A program made the translations under genes and the position numbers. The notes under the pieces are model-generated. The model searched no databases. It was not told where the DNA came from and saw only the letters and a list, made by a program, of their open reading frames with translations. Of a stretch of 64,000 nucleotides of DNA, positions 1 to 14,225 are shown in pieces (the first letter of the stretch is position 1; each line of letters starts with the position of its first letter). Source of the stretch: Octopus sinensis (lineage: Eukaryota); NCBI RefSeq assembly GCF_006345805.1, contig NC_043003.1, forward strand, positions 69,750,001 to 69,814,000. Direction: 5' to 3'.

Positions 1-517
1 GGAAACTCCATCTCTTTTCAATATCTTGTTTGTGGATTTTTTATATTATAATTTTCCTTGTCATCATATTCATCATTGTCATCATTACCATTATCATCAT
101 CACCATTGCAATTTTCATCATCATTATCATTCTCGTTATTGTAGTCATCTTTTTTTTTTGATATCCTTTCCACCATGAGCCTGTGTTGTTGCCACTGCTG
201 TCATCATTGTTACTGCTCTCATCATCATCATCATTACTATCATTGCCATTGCAGTTTGCATCATCATCATCACCACCGCCACTGTTGTCACTACCATCAT
301 CACCACCAACATCATCAAAACTACCATCATCATGATCATCATCATCATCAGCAGCAGCAGTAGCACTACCACCACCACCACCACCACCACCACAGAAGGC
401 TGGAAATGAATAACCTTGTTTCTATGACGACCATAATGATGCTCATTTACAACAACCATGATATCAAAGGGGGACACACACACACGTAATACACACATGC
501 ATGCATACATACATACA

Positions 518-1609
518 TTACATACACAAGCACACAACTCAAATATCAGTAGGAAGAATTCAAACCACTTCAAAACAAGAGGTATGGATAAATTGACCGG
601 TTAATTCGTACATTACAAGTGCAATCTGTGAGTGGAACAGTAAAAATGTTAAAGACTTTTCTCAAGTTCCAAATGTGAATTTGCCTGTGTTAACTACATC
701 CCAAAGATGGAGCCTTGTATCTTAGTTGGAAACCCACTCGGAAGATTAATAGTAATTAAAAAATAGAAGAAACATACATACATACATACATTCATACATA
801 CATATACACACAAATACATACATACATCATACATACATACATACACACACACATGTACATACGTACATACATACATACATACATACATACATACATACAT
901 ACATACATACATTACATTACATTACATTACATTACATTACATACACAAGCACACGACTCAAATATCAGTAGGAAGAATTCAAACCACTTCAAAACAAGAG
1001 GTATGGATAAATAGACCGGTTAATTCGTACATTACAAGTGCAATCTGTGAGTGGAACAGTAAAAATGTTAAAGACTTTTCTCAAGTTCCAAATGTGAATT
1101 TGCCTGTGTTAACTACATCCCAAAGATGGAGCATTGTATCTTAGTTGGAAACCACTCGGAAGATTAATAGTAATTAAAAAATAGAAGAAACATACATACA
1201 TACATACATTCATACATACATATACACACAAATACATACATACATTCATACATACATACATACACACACACATGTACATACGTACATACATACATACATA
1301 CATACATACATACATACATACATACATACATTACATTACATTACATTACATTACATTACATACACAAGCACACGACTCAAATATCAGTAGGAAGAATTCA
1401 AACCACTTCAAAACAAGAGGTATGGATAAATAGACCGGTTAATTCGTACATTACAAGTGCAATCTGTGAGTGGAACAGTAAAAATGTTAAAGACTTTTCT
1501 CAAGTTCCAAATGTGAATTTGCCTGTGTTAACTACATCCCAAAGATGGAGCATTGTATCTTAGTTGGAAACCCACTCGGAAGATTAATAGTAATTAAAAA
1601 ATAGAAGGA

Positions 1610-1625
<16 letters not shown>
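518..1625. repeat. Tandem triplication of a ~419-bp unit (unique ~250 bp + (TACA)n/(TTACA)n), third copy truncated
   Basis: AAATATCAGTAGGAAGAATTCAAACC recurs at 541, 960 and 1379 with near-identical downstream sequence. Confidence 0.95.
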
Positions 1626-1646
<21 letters not shown>

Positions 1647-1667
1647 TACATACATACATACATTCAT

Positions 1668-1722
<55 letters not shown>

Positions 1723-2666
1723 TACATACATACATAGACATACATTGTCTCATCTTTATCATCATTTTAACATCCACTTTTCCATGCTTGAATGAGTTGG
1801 ATGGAGTTTATTTGAGGCAGATTTTCTACAGCTGAGAATGCCCTTTCTTACACCAACCCCTTTACAGAGTGTACTGGGTGCTTTCTACATAGCACCAACA
1901 CCTGTGCTTTAAACATGGCACCAGCACATAACACCTTTAATTGTCTCTGAATCCACCATAAATTGCCTTTACTTATCCTTTTCTTTATTAATGTCATAAA
2001 TTGTCAAAGAACCTATTGTATTTAGTCATGTTTAACTTGTAGTCAAGTGTAAGCTGGCTCCTTACTTTAGAAATGGTGCAAATTTTTTTTGTTCATAGTT
2101 TTAGCTTTGCCTAGTGTTGTATCCCAGCTTTTTTTTTTCCAATTGAAATCAGGCATAAAACTGTGCAATTTATACACAAGGAGCTATGTTATATACACAC
2201 ACACACACAATTATTATTATTATTTTAATATCCACTTTTCAATATACTTGCATTAGTCAAACGGAATTTATTCATTTCTACTCTAGGCACAAGGCCCAAA
2301 ATTTTTGGGGAGTGGGGGCCAGTCCATTAGATTAACTCCAGTACACAACTGGTACTTAACTTATCGACCTTGAAAGGATGAAAGGAAAAGTTGACCTTGG
2401 CAGAATTTGCACTCAGAATATAAAGACAGACAAAATACCGCTAAGTATTTCACCCAGTTTCTGCCAGCTCGCTGCCTTAGTCAAACAGAATTTATTGAAG
2501 CAGATTTTCTAGGGTTGGATGCCCTTCCTGTCACCTACCTTCACCTGTTACCAAGGAAGGTAATATTTCCCCATGGTCAGACATGTTTTTTGTAAAATAT
2601 TGGACACTGCTTCTATAACAGTGACACTCATTTACAACTATTATGTGATGTCAAGACCATGTTTAC

Positions 2667-2814
2667 TCATGTATAAGTTGTAACCCTAATGAAGTGTTAA
2701 ATCTTGATCCAAAATTTTTTCCCTTCATAAGCTTGAGGATATCTTCTATGCTTCCTCCTTCCCTACCACCAGTTTCGGAGTCCCTGTGAAGGGTCATGGA
2801 CACTTCCTTTCCTC
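2667..2814 (-). CDS. DCDC1: Tentative DCDC1 exon 8 of window: (R)GKEVSMTLHRDSETGGREGGSIEDILKLMKGKNFGSRFNTSLGLQLIH
   Basis: Acceptor attatcttttaaccag; open in the phase (1) required by the previous exon; GTAAAC donor falls just before an in-frame stop; length fits the next human segment. Protein similarity is weak (MTLHR vs LTFDR). Confidence 0.4.
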
Positions 2815-3049
2815 CTGGTTAAAAGATAATATGTGCATACAAACATTTATACATTCCAAAACCAGAGAGAAAGAAGATAAATATGGACAACTGCTTTGAA
2901 ACCCCCAGCTTTTATACTCAGATTGTAAATTCACCTTTATACCAATGATAAATGTTTTGTTGATTTTAGTCCAATGAGCTAATGATTCTGCCAGTTTGTT
3001 GCCTTGTAGACATACAAAATAATCATGATATTCATAATATTCTACTTAC

Positions 3050-3224
3050 TATAAGGATCAATGTATGCTTCTCCAAACGACAACCAAATTTCTTGGTCAT
3101 ATTTCAAAGAGAGGACATCTTTAAGTTCTTCACCAGAACTTAAGAAAACTTTTTGAACGTTTGGTGCTATCTTTGGTTTTTGAGTATTACTTAGTCGCTG
3201 ACTGATTGACAAATCATCATAGAG
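3050..3224 (-). CDS. DCDC1: DCDC1 exon: LYDDLSISQRLSNTQKPKIAPNVQKVFLSSGEELKDVLSLKYDQEIWLSFGEAYIDPY (DCX-like domain C-terminal half)
   Basis: Acceptor ttttgtttatttcag, donor GTAAGT, phase 0 in / 1 out. Matches recalled human DCDC1 RLFNENGQEIKNPLSLKNEQKIWVSYGRAYRSP. Confidence 0.93.
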
Positions 3225-5282
3225 CTGAAATAAACAAAAGAAAAAGGAGGAGAAATATAAATGTTGGAGAAGAATTGAAGAAAAATAGAAATTTGGTAGA
3301 CGTGGAAAATTTGTCAGAGAAACATTTCTTATTTTGGGGTAGCAGACCTAATCTATCTCCTGGTTTAATATCACTATCCGGTCCTTGGGTGATTTTAAAA
3401 GAGTCCATTGGTTGCAAAGATTTGATTCAGTTCTCTGATTTGAAGACAATTTCTTCTTTTCTTCTTATCAGTCAAAGAAGCTCTGTAAAGGGTTCCAGAC
3501 GACACCCTTTTCTCTCTGACTGAATCATTAGACAGAATCCGCCATACTGTTTTCCTAAGGATCCACCCTGCTCTCTCACTTGAATAGAGTTTCATCTCAC
3601 AAGTTACATGGTGACGTCACTAGTGCTGGTGGTAGGAAAAAAGCACTGAGAACACACTGTAAAGTGGTCATTACGAAGACTGTTCAGCCATAGAAATCAT
3701 CACTGTCGTCTGATTTGTCAGTTCCTTTCAAACCATCCAAGTGAAAATGTGCATTCTTGTATAATTGGATTTATATCTCCTATTCTATAAATTTTTTTAA
3801 TATTCTACACATTATTTTTATTTTTCAATTACACATTTTGGAGGACGTCAGAGTTAAGAAGCACCTAGTTGGAGTTTCTCTGTTTTGATGAGGACTTTTC
3901 AGATTTTTTTTTTTACAGTGGAGATGGTCTGGAGTATCTTTTTAACAAAAAACAATTTTTTTTCGATAAATGCTTTTCTTTATCATCATCATTTAAAGTT
4001 CTATGCAGGGATGGGTTGGATGGTTTCAGGATCCGATGGGTCCAAGGACTGCTTCCTGCTCCAGTGTCTGCTTTAGAATGGTTTCTATGGCCTGATGCCC
4101 TTCCGAATACCAACCACTTGACAGTGTGTACTGGGTGCTTTTTGTGTACTATCAGCACTAATGAAGCCACCATGAAGGTCACAAGACTATGAGCCCCTCA
4201 AGGGCTGGGGATGTATATGTTAAGAGATGAGGTTAAGGTATGTGAGAAGGGGAATGAGCAGAACAGGTTCTTGTAGAGGAACCACACAGTTACCCAGATT
4301 TTGAGGAGAGAGAGAGAGAATTAGAAACCATGAAATGATAACTATAAATAGTGGTGATGAGGTGTCTATGAGTCAGAAGAAATTTTACCTGAGAATCAGT
4401 GTAAAGATATTGATAACATAAAAATAAAAGTTGGAATTATATTCTATGGTTAAATTACGTCACAGCAATTGGCAAGAATAAAGATCTGAAGAATACTCTA
4501 TGAAACAAACTACAAACCATTCGAAATAATTTGAAATGATTTAAAGATGTTCAAAGAAAATATGGAACCATTCACTACTGAAGATGTCCAACTAAGATCA
4601 TTTATCTATGAGAAGACCTGATATTGATGTTCTCAAAGAATGTAAGAAAAATCTTAATATTGATCTAGGATCAGTTGGAAGGATTTCCTCTTTGAGAGAT
4701 CCTTCAAAGATTCCCAGCAAATGCCTGCAAGAGATTGTTTCATAATCTATTTCTTTTTATTCATCAAAAGACGGAAAGAATCAATAATTTTTTCTTTTTT
4801 TCTTCCAATTTCTTTGAAACTTTAACAGCTAATAATTTCCTTACGAACTTTCAGAATGAGTAAACATGACAGCAAAGAACACAAGAATTTGGTTATTAAA
4901 ACAGATAAGCAATTAACTAAGCAGTATTATTACTGTATTATTATTATTATTAAAGCAACATTATAAGTTCCAATTCTATCAAGAATTTCATTAATCTGCG
5001 TTAACAATAAGTTTTCCTGTTGCATAAAAGATTCTGAAACGTAATTAATGGATGGAATTATTGGAGTAAATTCCATTAAAAGATATCAAAGTTGCTCAGG
5101 AAGTCTTTTTCAATATACTGTAGTATTCTCCAGAATGGTTTATTGTTTCTAACATATGGGATAGTGTTCAGCTTTTCTCAGGGTTCACTTAATATCTTAT
5201 ACTTTTGCAAAGCTGTTATAAAGAAGATATACACATACATATATATACACATACACATACATATATATATATATATACATAT

Positions 5283-5341
<59 letters not shown>

Positions 5342-5484
5342 CAAAAACATATACACACACACACACCATGTACAGATGTAGAGATGCAATGGCCCAGTGG
5401 TTAGAGCAGTGGACTCCCAGTTGTAGGTTCACGGTTTCAATAAATCCTAATATTTTTTTATAAACAAAAAGTCGAAGTACTTAC

Positions 5485-5586
5485 CCTTTGCAAAAGTTTT
5501 TTCTGGTCCCCATTGGTACCTTTGAAGGCTTCTCCCAAGTTGAAGTAAAATATTTTACATGGGGTCATAGATCCATTCTCGTAGGT
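5485..5586 (-). CDS. DCDC1: DCDC1 exon: TYENGSMTPCKIFYFNLGEAFKGTNGDQKKLLQR
   Basis: Acceptor ctttttcttttaag, donor GTAAGT, 102 nt, phase 0/0; the only open frame. YENG follows GLRLK as VFENG follows GLQLK in human DCDC1. Confidence 0.9.
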
Positions 5587-5949
5587 CTTAAAAGAAAAAG
5601 AGAAGATGCATTACATTTAACCCTTTTATCAATCGTATTGCTCTGACAAATATGATGCTTATTCATTCATGTTGTTTGGAATTATCATGCAGAATCTGAG
5701 AGTTTTGAGATTTCAGTGTATGATTTTGGTGATATACTTCTTTCGTAAATATAATGTTGTTTTCATTGTATTAAAGTTAATTGTAATTAAAGTTAATATG
5801 TATTATATTTGTTTTATCAAATTTTTATTGTCAAAATAAATCTTTGATAATAATATGTTTAAATTCATGATAATTTTATTTTTAGAATGATATTGTTGGG
5901 TAGGTGTGAGAGGCCAGATCTGGCCAGTTCGACTAAAAAAGAAAAGTAG

Positions 5950-6260
5950 AATATTTGTGCTGGATCCGTTGGATGTGCATGTATGACAAAGTGCAAATGT
6001 ACTGAGAGAAAAGTCTGTCATAAGAGGAATCAAATGTAGTATGCAAGAAAGAAGACTATGTCGGTTTGGATATGCGGTATGTATGAATGAAGACAGCTGC
6101 ATAAAGAAGTGCCGATCACAGGAAGTAGATGGTACCTGTGGAAGTGAGAGACCCAGGAAGACGTGGAATGAAGTGGTAAGGACTGATCTCAGGATGTTGG
6201 ACCTCATGGAGGAAATGCCAAAGGACTGAGATCCGAGATGTCCTCTGGCAATATGAAGTT
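5950..6260 (+). mobile_element. RTE-clade LINE 3' end fragment
   Basis: ORF 6041-6229 MQERRLCRFGYAVCMNEDSCIKKC..G..GSERPRKTWNEVVRTDL resembles the RTE ORF C-terminal pattern R.L.W.GHV.RM...R.GRPRKTW. Confidence 0.7.
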
Positions 6261-7725
6261 CTTAAGAAGACCTGCCCACATCAGTGAAACTGACATGTGT
6301 CACATCAACGAAACTGTTGTGTCCCACTCACACTTAGCAAGAAAATTTCTCACACACCATACCACAACAAACCAAATTATGTCTCTACATCTCTCTTCTC
6401 TTCCTCACATTTCCACTTCATGTACTTTGACTTTGATTACCTCTCACTCCCCAATCCTGTCCTCTTGGCCCTGTGCCACTGTATCACTGCTATCCACTAG
6501 CTTCTGACCTGCATGCTCCACCCACACCCTGTCTCACTGTATCATTGCATATCCCAGGCACTCTGCCACCATCTCTATCCTGCTGCTTCCCTCTCTTTCT
6601 CTCTCTCCTTCTCCTGCACTTCCCTCAGGTTGGGTAACCATGTATTTCCTTTGCAGCAGTGCTCCTGTTTCTGTCTTCATTTCTGATCTCTCTCACTCTC
6701 CGGCTGGGTAACCTTGTGCCTCCTCTGCAGCAAAACACCCGTTTCTGTCTCTCTGCCTCACTATAACTTTTCATCATCCGACACAAGATCATCTCCTCCC
6801 AAGCCCCTTCCTCTCTCAAAAGAGTCTTTTTTTTTTTGTTGTCTTGCAGGTACTTGGGGACCTTGTCAGTGCAGGTGCCACTTAAAAGCACCCTGTCCAC
6901 ACTATAAAGTGGCTGGCGTTTGGAAGGGCTTCCACTTGTAAAAACCTTGCCCAAACTGACCTCGCCTGTGCTTGTGCCCCGTAAAAAGCATTAAGTCCAC
7001 TCTGCTAAGTGATTGGTGTTAGGAAGGGCATCCAGCTGTAAAAATCCTGCCAAAACAGTCACAGAAGTCTAGTGCAGGCTTTGGCCTGGCCGGCTCCTGT
7101 CAAACCCCCCACCATGCCAGCATGGAAGGTGGACATTAAACGATGATGATGATGATGCTGACTGGTTTAGATGCTAACGAGTTAAAATAATGAGTACAAA
7201 AGATAAAAGGCTAAAACGACAATATACAGAATCATATTCTGTTATTCCTTTATTCCTTTATTCCTTTACTGGTTTCAATTATTGGACTATGGTCATGCTG
7301 GGACACAGCCTTGTGAGGTTTAAGTTATTTCCACTGACCTCAGAACTTCTTTCAGGTAGGTATTTATTTTATTGATCTTTGTTTGTTGAACTGTTAAGAT
7401 ACATGATATCCACATGAATAACAACACCAGTATAAATACAGACAGACACATCCATATATATATATATATATATATAGTATATAGGCACAAACACACATAT
7501 ATCATCATCATCATCATCGTGTAAAGTCTGCCTTCCATGCTAGAATGGGTGGGATGGTTTCACAAGAACTGGTCAGACAGAAGCCTGCACCAGACTTCTG
7601 TAACTGTTTTGGCAGGAGTTTTACAGCTGGATGCCCTTCCAAATGCCAACCTCTTTACAGTGTGGGCTGGGTGCTTTTAAGTGGCACCTGCACTGACAGG
7701 GTTACCAAATACTTGCAAGACATAC

Positions 7726-7798
<73 letters not shown>

Positions 7799-8289
7799 CA
7801 TGTATGTATGTATAAATCTATCTCCACAAAATTTCATCTAAACAAACCAACTATAGAAAAGTGGACATTATAATGATGATGATGGTGTTGGTGGTGGTGG
7901 TGTCCTTCAAAAGACAGGATGGTCTTAAGTGGAATGTCATTTGATCAGTGATCATTTCAATCAGGAATGACCTGCGACCAACCACCAATAAGATCATCAT
8001 CATCATCCTTTAATATCTGTTTTCCCTGCTGGCATGATGGGTTGGATGGTTTGACAGAAGATGGCAAGGCCGGAGGGCTGCACCAGGCTCCAGTCATCTG
8101 GTTTGGCATGGTTTTTGCAGCTGGATGCCCTTCCTAACGCCAACCCCTTAACAGAATGTCCTTGGTGCTTTTTAAGTGGCGCAAGCATGGATGCTTTTTA
8201 CGTGACACCCACAGAGGTTTTGGCACAACAACATAACGCAAAGCGTTAGTAGAAAATATATTATAAAGAAGAACTGGAGCATTTTCATA

Positions 8290-9005
8290 TTGTGTGTGTG
8301 TGTGTGTGTGTGTCTCTCTCTCTCTCATTATCTTTATCTCTCTCTCTCTACTTCTCTCTCTCTCGTTATCTTTATCTCTTTCTCTCTCTCTTATTATCTC
8401 TATCTCTGTCTATCTATCTCTCTCTCTCCCTCTCCCATTATCTTTATCTCTGTCTGTTTGTCTCTTTCCCTCTGTCTCTTGTTCTCTTTATCTCTGTCTA
8501 ACTGTCTGTCTGCTTCTCTCTCTCTCTCTCTCTCATTATCTTTATCTCTCTCTCTACTTCTCTCTCTCTTGTTATTTTTATCTCTGTCTGTCTCTCTCTC
8601 ATTATCTTTATCTCTCTCTCTCCCGTTATCTTTATCTCTGTCTATCTGTCTGTCTCTCATTATCTTTATCTCTCTCTCTTGTTATTTTTATCTCTGTCTG
8701 TCTCTCTCTTATTATCTTTATCTCTCTCTCTCCCGTTATCTTTATCTCTGTCTATCTGTCTGTCTCTCATTATCTTTATCTTTCTCTCTTTCTCGTTATC
8801 TTTATCTCTGTCTGACTCTCTGTCTATCTCTCTCATTATCTTTATCTCTCTCTCCCTCTCTCTCTTGTTATCTTTATTTCTCTCTCCCTCTCTCTCTTGT
8901 TATCTTTAGCTTTCTCTCTCCTTCTCTCTCTCTCGTTATCCTTATCTTTCTTTCCCTCTCTCTCTCTCGTTATCTTTATCTCTCTCTCTCTCTCTCTCTC
9001 ACTTA
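8290..9005. repeat. (GT)n followed by a complex (CT)n-derived low-complexity minisatellite
   Basis: Reiterated TCTCTCTC-ATTATCTTTATC motifs; source of the spurious SLSL ORFs. Confidence 0.95.
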
Positions 9006-9720
9006 ACCTCAAACTATTTGGAATAGATGCCTAAGTGATGGAATGGAATCAATGCATCTGGCAGACTATTGTACAACCTGAAAAGAGAAAAAACCATTCC
9101 TTATCTGTTAAATGTTACACAGTCTGAAGCCGAACAGTGTAAAAATCTTTTAATTCAAAGACAAGAATGGAACGAATGGCAACCAGGAAAAGCTTTTGCC
9201 AAGAGTAGGTTTTTCCTCTTCGCTTATAAAGAAAAGCATGAAAGAATGTTCAACGTTGAATGTGTTTGATACCGTTGTTGGTCTCGCAGAACTCTGCTTC
9301 TGCATAATCACAACCTGGATAAAGAATTACGTTTGCTAGCACCTCGGATATGGAAGATTCCAGTCAATTCTGGAACCATTCTACAGCACACTTTCAGCTT
9401 TATCAGAGATTCTGTGACTCATGAAGACATAAATCCTTTGTATTTCATTTTTATTTTGTGATGTTTTACATTTGTTTTTTGTTTTTTTTCCATCTTTTAT
9501 CTTTTACTTGTTTCAGTCATTTGATTGCGGCCATGCTGGGGCACCGCTTTGAAGGGATTTAGTCGAACAAATTAACACTAAGACATGTTATTTTTTGAAG
9601 TCTAGTATTTATTCCATCAGTCTCTTTTTTCCAAACTGTTAAGTTATGGGGACATAAACACACTACCACCATTTGTCAAATGGTGGTGGGAGAGAAACAC
9701 AGACACAGAGAACCCCCATC

Positions 9721-9774
<54 letters not shown>

Positions 9775-10030
9775 CATCATCATCATCATCACTTAACGTC
9801 CGTTTTCCATGCTAGCATGGGTTGGACGGTTCGACTGGGGTCTGGGTAGCCAGACGGCTGCGCCAGGCCCAGTCTGATCTGGCAGTGTTTCTACAGCTGG
9901 ATGCCCTTCCTAACGCCAACCACTCCGTGAGTGTAGTGGGTGCTTTTTATGTGCCACCTGCACAAGTGCCAGATGAGGCTGGCAACGACCACAATCGGAT
10001 GGTGCTTTTTACGTGCCACCGGCACGGAGG
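9775..10030 (-). mobile_element. SINE family A (ATG-tailed), representative copy
   Basis: Core CTGGATGCCCTTCCTAACGCCAACCACTC and (CAT)n tail. Related copies at about 6930-7157, 7500-7700, 8000-8200, 10190-10420, 10500-10790, 11570-11810, 12590-12870, 18830-19690, 21090-21355, 37215-37700, 45910-46350, 49290-49870 and 60495-60770. Confidence 0.85.
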
Positions 10031-10857
10031 CCATATGTATATATATATATATATATTATGTAAGATATAAGTTAGAGATAGTGTAACCATCTAAGGGATA
10101 TATTATTTTAACTATTATCGTTATGTTTATTTTGCTTGTTTGTATATTTCTAACAGGAATGAAGTATTTTGTATTCTCAGACTGCTATCATCATCATTTA
10201 TCGTCTGTTGTCCATGCTGGCATGGGTTGAACAGTTTGACCAGAGCTGGCAAGCCAGAGGGTTGCATCAGGTTCCAGTCTGATTTGGCTTAGCATCTATG
10301 ACTGGATGTCCTTCCTGAAGAATGTGCTGGATGCTTTTACATGACACCTGAGAAGCACTTCTACGTAGCACCAGCATGAGTGCTTTTTTATGTGGCACTG
10401 GCACAGGACTCTTTCAGGCTAATCCTCTTCACTTTCATTGGTACACAGCCTCTTCCCTTGGTTCCATTCCCTCTCTCAACTGAAAAGTCTTTGTCTTGCA
10501 AGTTACTTTGCAGCCCTGCTAATGCCAGTGGCATGTAGAACACACATGTGATGGTTTCACATGAGAAGCGCCTGTGATGGTTTCACATGAGAAGCACCAG
10601 TGATGGTGTCACATGAGAAGCACCCAGTACACTCTGTAAAGTAGTTGGCATCAAGAAGGGCATCCAGCTATAAAAACCTTGCCAAAACAGATGACAGGGG
10701 CCTGGTGCAGCTCTCTGGCTTACCAGCTCCAGTCAAACCGCCCAACCCATGCCAGGATAGAAAATGGATGTTAAACGATGGTGATGAAGATAATTGAAAT
10801 GAGAGATATTAACAGAATGAGAATACAAAATGTTCCATTCATGTTGCAAATAAGCAA

Positions 10858-10888
<31 letters not shown>

Positions 10889-11811
10889 TAATAATAATAA
10901 TAATAATAATAATGAAATAATGATGATGATGATTAAAATAATCTACTAAATTAATATCCAACTGTGCAGCATTGTACAATAACGAAGTCGAACAAATGAT
11001 AACATATTGTTGACTGATTTCTCAACAGCAAACATCATGCACTCAAATATTTAGTGCAAACTTTGCAGCTGTTAAAAAAATATTCTGACAAATAAATGTT
11101 TTGATCACAGCTTGACTGATTCTTTTGGTTTTGGTGGTAATGTTTGAACATCACAAAGAATACCTGACAGTATTTGTTTTGGATCTTTATGTTCTGAGTT
11201 CAAACCCTTCTTTGAAGGACAATCAAATAAAGTACAGTAGAGTACTGGGATCAATAAATTTGACTGTTGCTTTCTACCAAATAGGAGACATTGTGTTTAT
11301 GTAAGGAGATCAGCAAGCACTTACACACACATGTACACACACGATAGTAACTTCCACCTACCAAACTGAATCACAAGGCTTCGGTTAGCACAAGGCTGTA
11401 GAAGAAGAAACTTGACCAAGGTGTCACGCAGTGGGACTGAACCCAAAACCATGTGACTGGGATCGAGCTTCCTAACCACACAACAATTATTATTATTATT
11501 ATTGTTATCATCATCATCATCATCATTATTATTATTATTATTATTATTATCATCATTATCATCATAAAAAAAAAAAAAAACACCATCCGTTCGTGGCCGT
11601 TTGCCAGCTCTGTCTGGCACCTGTGCAGGTGGCACGTAAAAAGCACCCACTACACTCATGGAGTGGTTGGCGTTAGGAAGGGCATCCAGCCGTAGAAACA
11701 CTGCCAAATCTGACTGGGCCTGATGAAGCCTTCCGGCTTCACAGACCCCAGTTAAACCGTCCAACCCATGCTAGCATGGAAAACGGACATTAAATGATGA
11801 TGATCATCATC

Positions 11812-11863
<52 letters not shown>

Positions 11864-12479
11864 GTCTGACTTTTGCCTTGCATTTGTACAAGTTGGCTCC
11901 AAGTCTCACCCAGAGACCTCAAAAGACAAGTTAGAAGTTCATGTTGATGTTATACCTAGAGTGCCATATATTTGGTTTTGTACATAGCGTTTTTCTAGAG
12001 AATGTTTAAGAAAACATAAAAAAATTATGAGTTTGTTTTAAAAATTGTGATTACATAGAAAGTATTTTACGTAGGATATGAGCAGTTACCATGAGCATTA
12101 TCTTTTGAATTTCTATCACTTTGGTTTTCATCCCTCCAGGGTCAGTAAAATTAAGCATCAATTAAGCGCTGGGATCAAATAACCAACTGCCCCACCCCTT
12201 AAAATTGCTGACCTAGTTTTATGCAGAATTGGTTGAAGTGCGAAGTAGAGACGATGATCAGAGTTGTCGAGCATCTTGATCTGATGCAGGAATTTGAATG
12301 TTTTCCTTTAAATTAAATCTGCTCAAGGCTCCTCCTTCAGAGTGAAAGGCAGATTCTTTGATGCCTATGTATGAATAGCTATGCTACATGTAAAAGGCTT
12401 GGAAGAAATGAAGTCAGATTGCTCCACTGGATGGGTAATGTCGCAGTATATATACAATAAAGTGTAAAATTATTTAAGA

Positions 12480-13310
12480 GTAAAACTTGGTATAAGAGGC
12501 ATCAGATGTTGTGTGCAAGAGAGAAGACTGTGCTGGTTTGGTCATGTGATGCATATGGATGAGTACAGTTCCATAAAGAAGTTGTCATCATCATCATCAT
12601 CATTTAACGTCCATGCTGGCATGGGTTGGACAGTTTGACCAGTGCTGGTAAGCTGGAAGGCTGCACTAGATTCCAGTCTGGTTTGGTGTGGTTTTCTATG
12701 GCTGGATGCCCTTCCTAATGCCAACCACTCTGAGAGTGTAATGGGTGCTTTCACATGCCACTGGTATGGGTTCCAATTTGTGTGACACTGGTATCTGCCA
12801 CAACTGTGATTTTGCTTGGCTTGATGTGTCATCTTCTCAAGCACAACATAATGCCAAAGGTCTGTGAAGCTCAGCATTCAAAAGGAACTCAGCCACTTTA
12901 CCTCTTTGAGCGCCTAACTTTAATTGTGGAGGAAACTGTGGAAGGGGCAGATCCAGGAAGGTATGGGATGAAGGCAGTGAGCTGGCAGAAACGTTAGTAT
13001 GCTGAGCGAAATGCGTAGCCGTATTTCATCTGCCATTATGTTCTGAGTTCAAATTCCGCCGAGGTTGACTCCGCCTTTCATCCTTTCGGGGGTCGATAAA
13101 TTAAGTACCAGTTACGCACTGGGGTCGATGTATTCGACTTAATCCGTATGTCTGTCCTTGTTTGTCCCCTCTGTGTTTAGCCCCTTGTGGGTAGTAAAGA
13201 AATAGGTATGGGATGAAGTGGTTTGAAATGATCTTCAGATGTTGGGCTCCACAGAGGAGTTGACAAAGGACCAAAACTTCTGGTAAAATCATGGCCATCT
13301 TTACATACAA
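12480..13310 (+). mobile_element. RTE 3' fragment split by two nested SINEs
   Basis: The same RTE C-terminal pattern (QERRLCWFGHVMHM...GRSRK/VWDEVV..DL) is read in pieces on either side of SINEs at ~12590-12870 and 12974-13204. Confidence 0.7.
12974..13204 (+). mobile_element. SINE family C (tRNA-like head, GACT..GCCTTTCATCCTTTCGGGGTCGATAAA core), representative copy with 14-bp TSD
   Basis: TSD GGTATGGGATGAAG at 12960-12973 and 13205-13218; B-box-like GAGTTCAAATTCC. Other copies at about 2280-2470, 14915-15120, 16005-16220, 38190-38412, 39130-39320, 39820-40020, 47570-47790 and 48672-48901. Confidence 0.9.
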
Positions 13311-14156
13311 GCATGTCTTTTACGGCCATATTTTCCCCCCTTCCCCTCACACATAATTCTGTCCTTTGGCAAAACTCTTCCACAACCCATCTTCCCACCA
13401 CCCACAGCAGGCCCCTCCATTCTCCCTCACATGCCTATCCACACACTCTCCATGCCTTTACATATCAATCACATCCACCTCCCACTCACTCCTATTCCTC
13501 TCACCATTACTTCCTATCTCTAAACATCTCCCCTCACACTCTTATGGAATATTCCCCTCTATTCTCCTCTGTACTACTTGCCCTCCCCTAACTATTCCCT
13601 GTGGGTATACTCCACTACTTCTCCAACACCATTAGTTCTCTCTCTCTCTCTCTCATTCTGTCTTTCTCTCTAACTCTCTCCCACCTTCCCCTCCTTCCTT
13701 GTCCAACTGGGATACCCCAAGTATCTCCTCTATTGTAGGACAGCTGTCTCTGCCCCTCTCTCATACTCTAACCTCAGCTTGGCACACAACCACTTCCTTT
13801 GGTTCTGCTCCCTCTCTCAGCTGAGAGGTGTTTGTCTGGCAAGCTACTTGGTGACCCTGTGGGTGCAGGAGCCATGTAAAAAGCACCCATCCCATTCTGG
13901 TGCCACATAAAAAAATCACCCATACTGAAGCCATGTAAAAAACACCCAGTACACTCTGTGAAGTTGTCGGTGTTAGGAACTTAGCATTTGGTCAAATAGA
14001 TATGTAGTATGATTGATAGGATCATCTCCGTGATTGATGGGATCAACTCCATGATTGATAAGGTCAACTCCATGCCAAGATCACTGCAGAAAACAGTAGA
14101 AGACTGAGAGAATATCAACATAGAGAATTCAGTAAGATAAAGAGACAGGAACTTAC

Positions 14157-14225
14157 TTTTAAGCGAAGACCCTTCCTTCCAGTCAAATGGGGACTGTTTT
14201 CAACTTGTACCATATTCTCAGAGTT
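14157..14225 (-). CDS. DCDC1: DCDC1 exon: NSENMVQVENSPHLTGRKGLRLK
   Basis: Acceptor tttctatttttacttag, donor GTAAGT, 69 nt, phase 0/0; ends GLRLK (human GLQLK). Not in the ORF track. Confidence 0.9.

Noticed and set aside
3217-3417. ORF containing DIKPGDRLGLLPQN, reminiscent of the FAD-binding motif of NOS/P450 reductase (Y.PGDHLGV.P.N)
   Set aside because: A single short motif with no other reductase features; the frame runs through the polypyrimidine tract of the DCDC1 acceptor at 3225. Likely chance.
9040-9430. Non-repetitive, coding-like stretch (ORF 9069-9269)
   Set aside because: No recognisable motif or splice-consistent exon; possibly an old TE fragment, but unsupported without a search.
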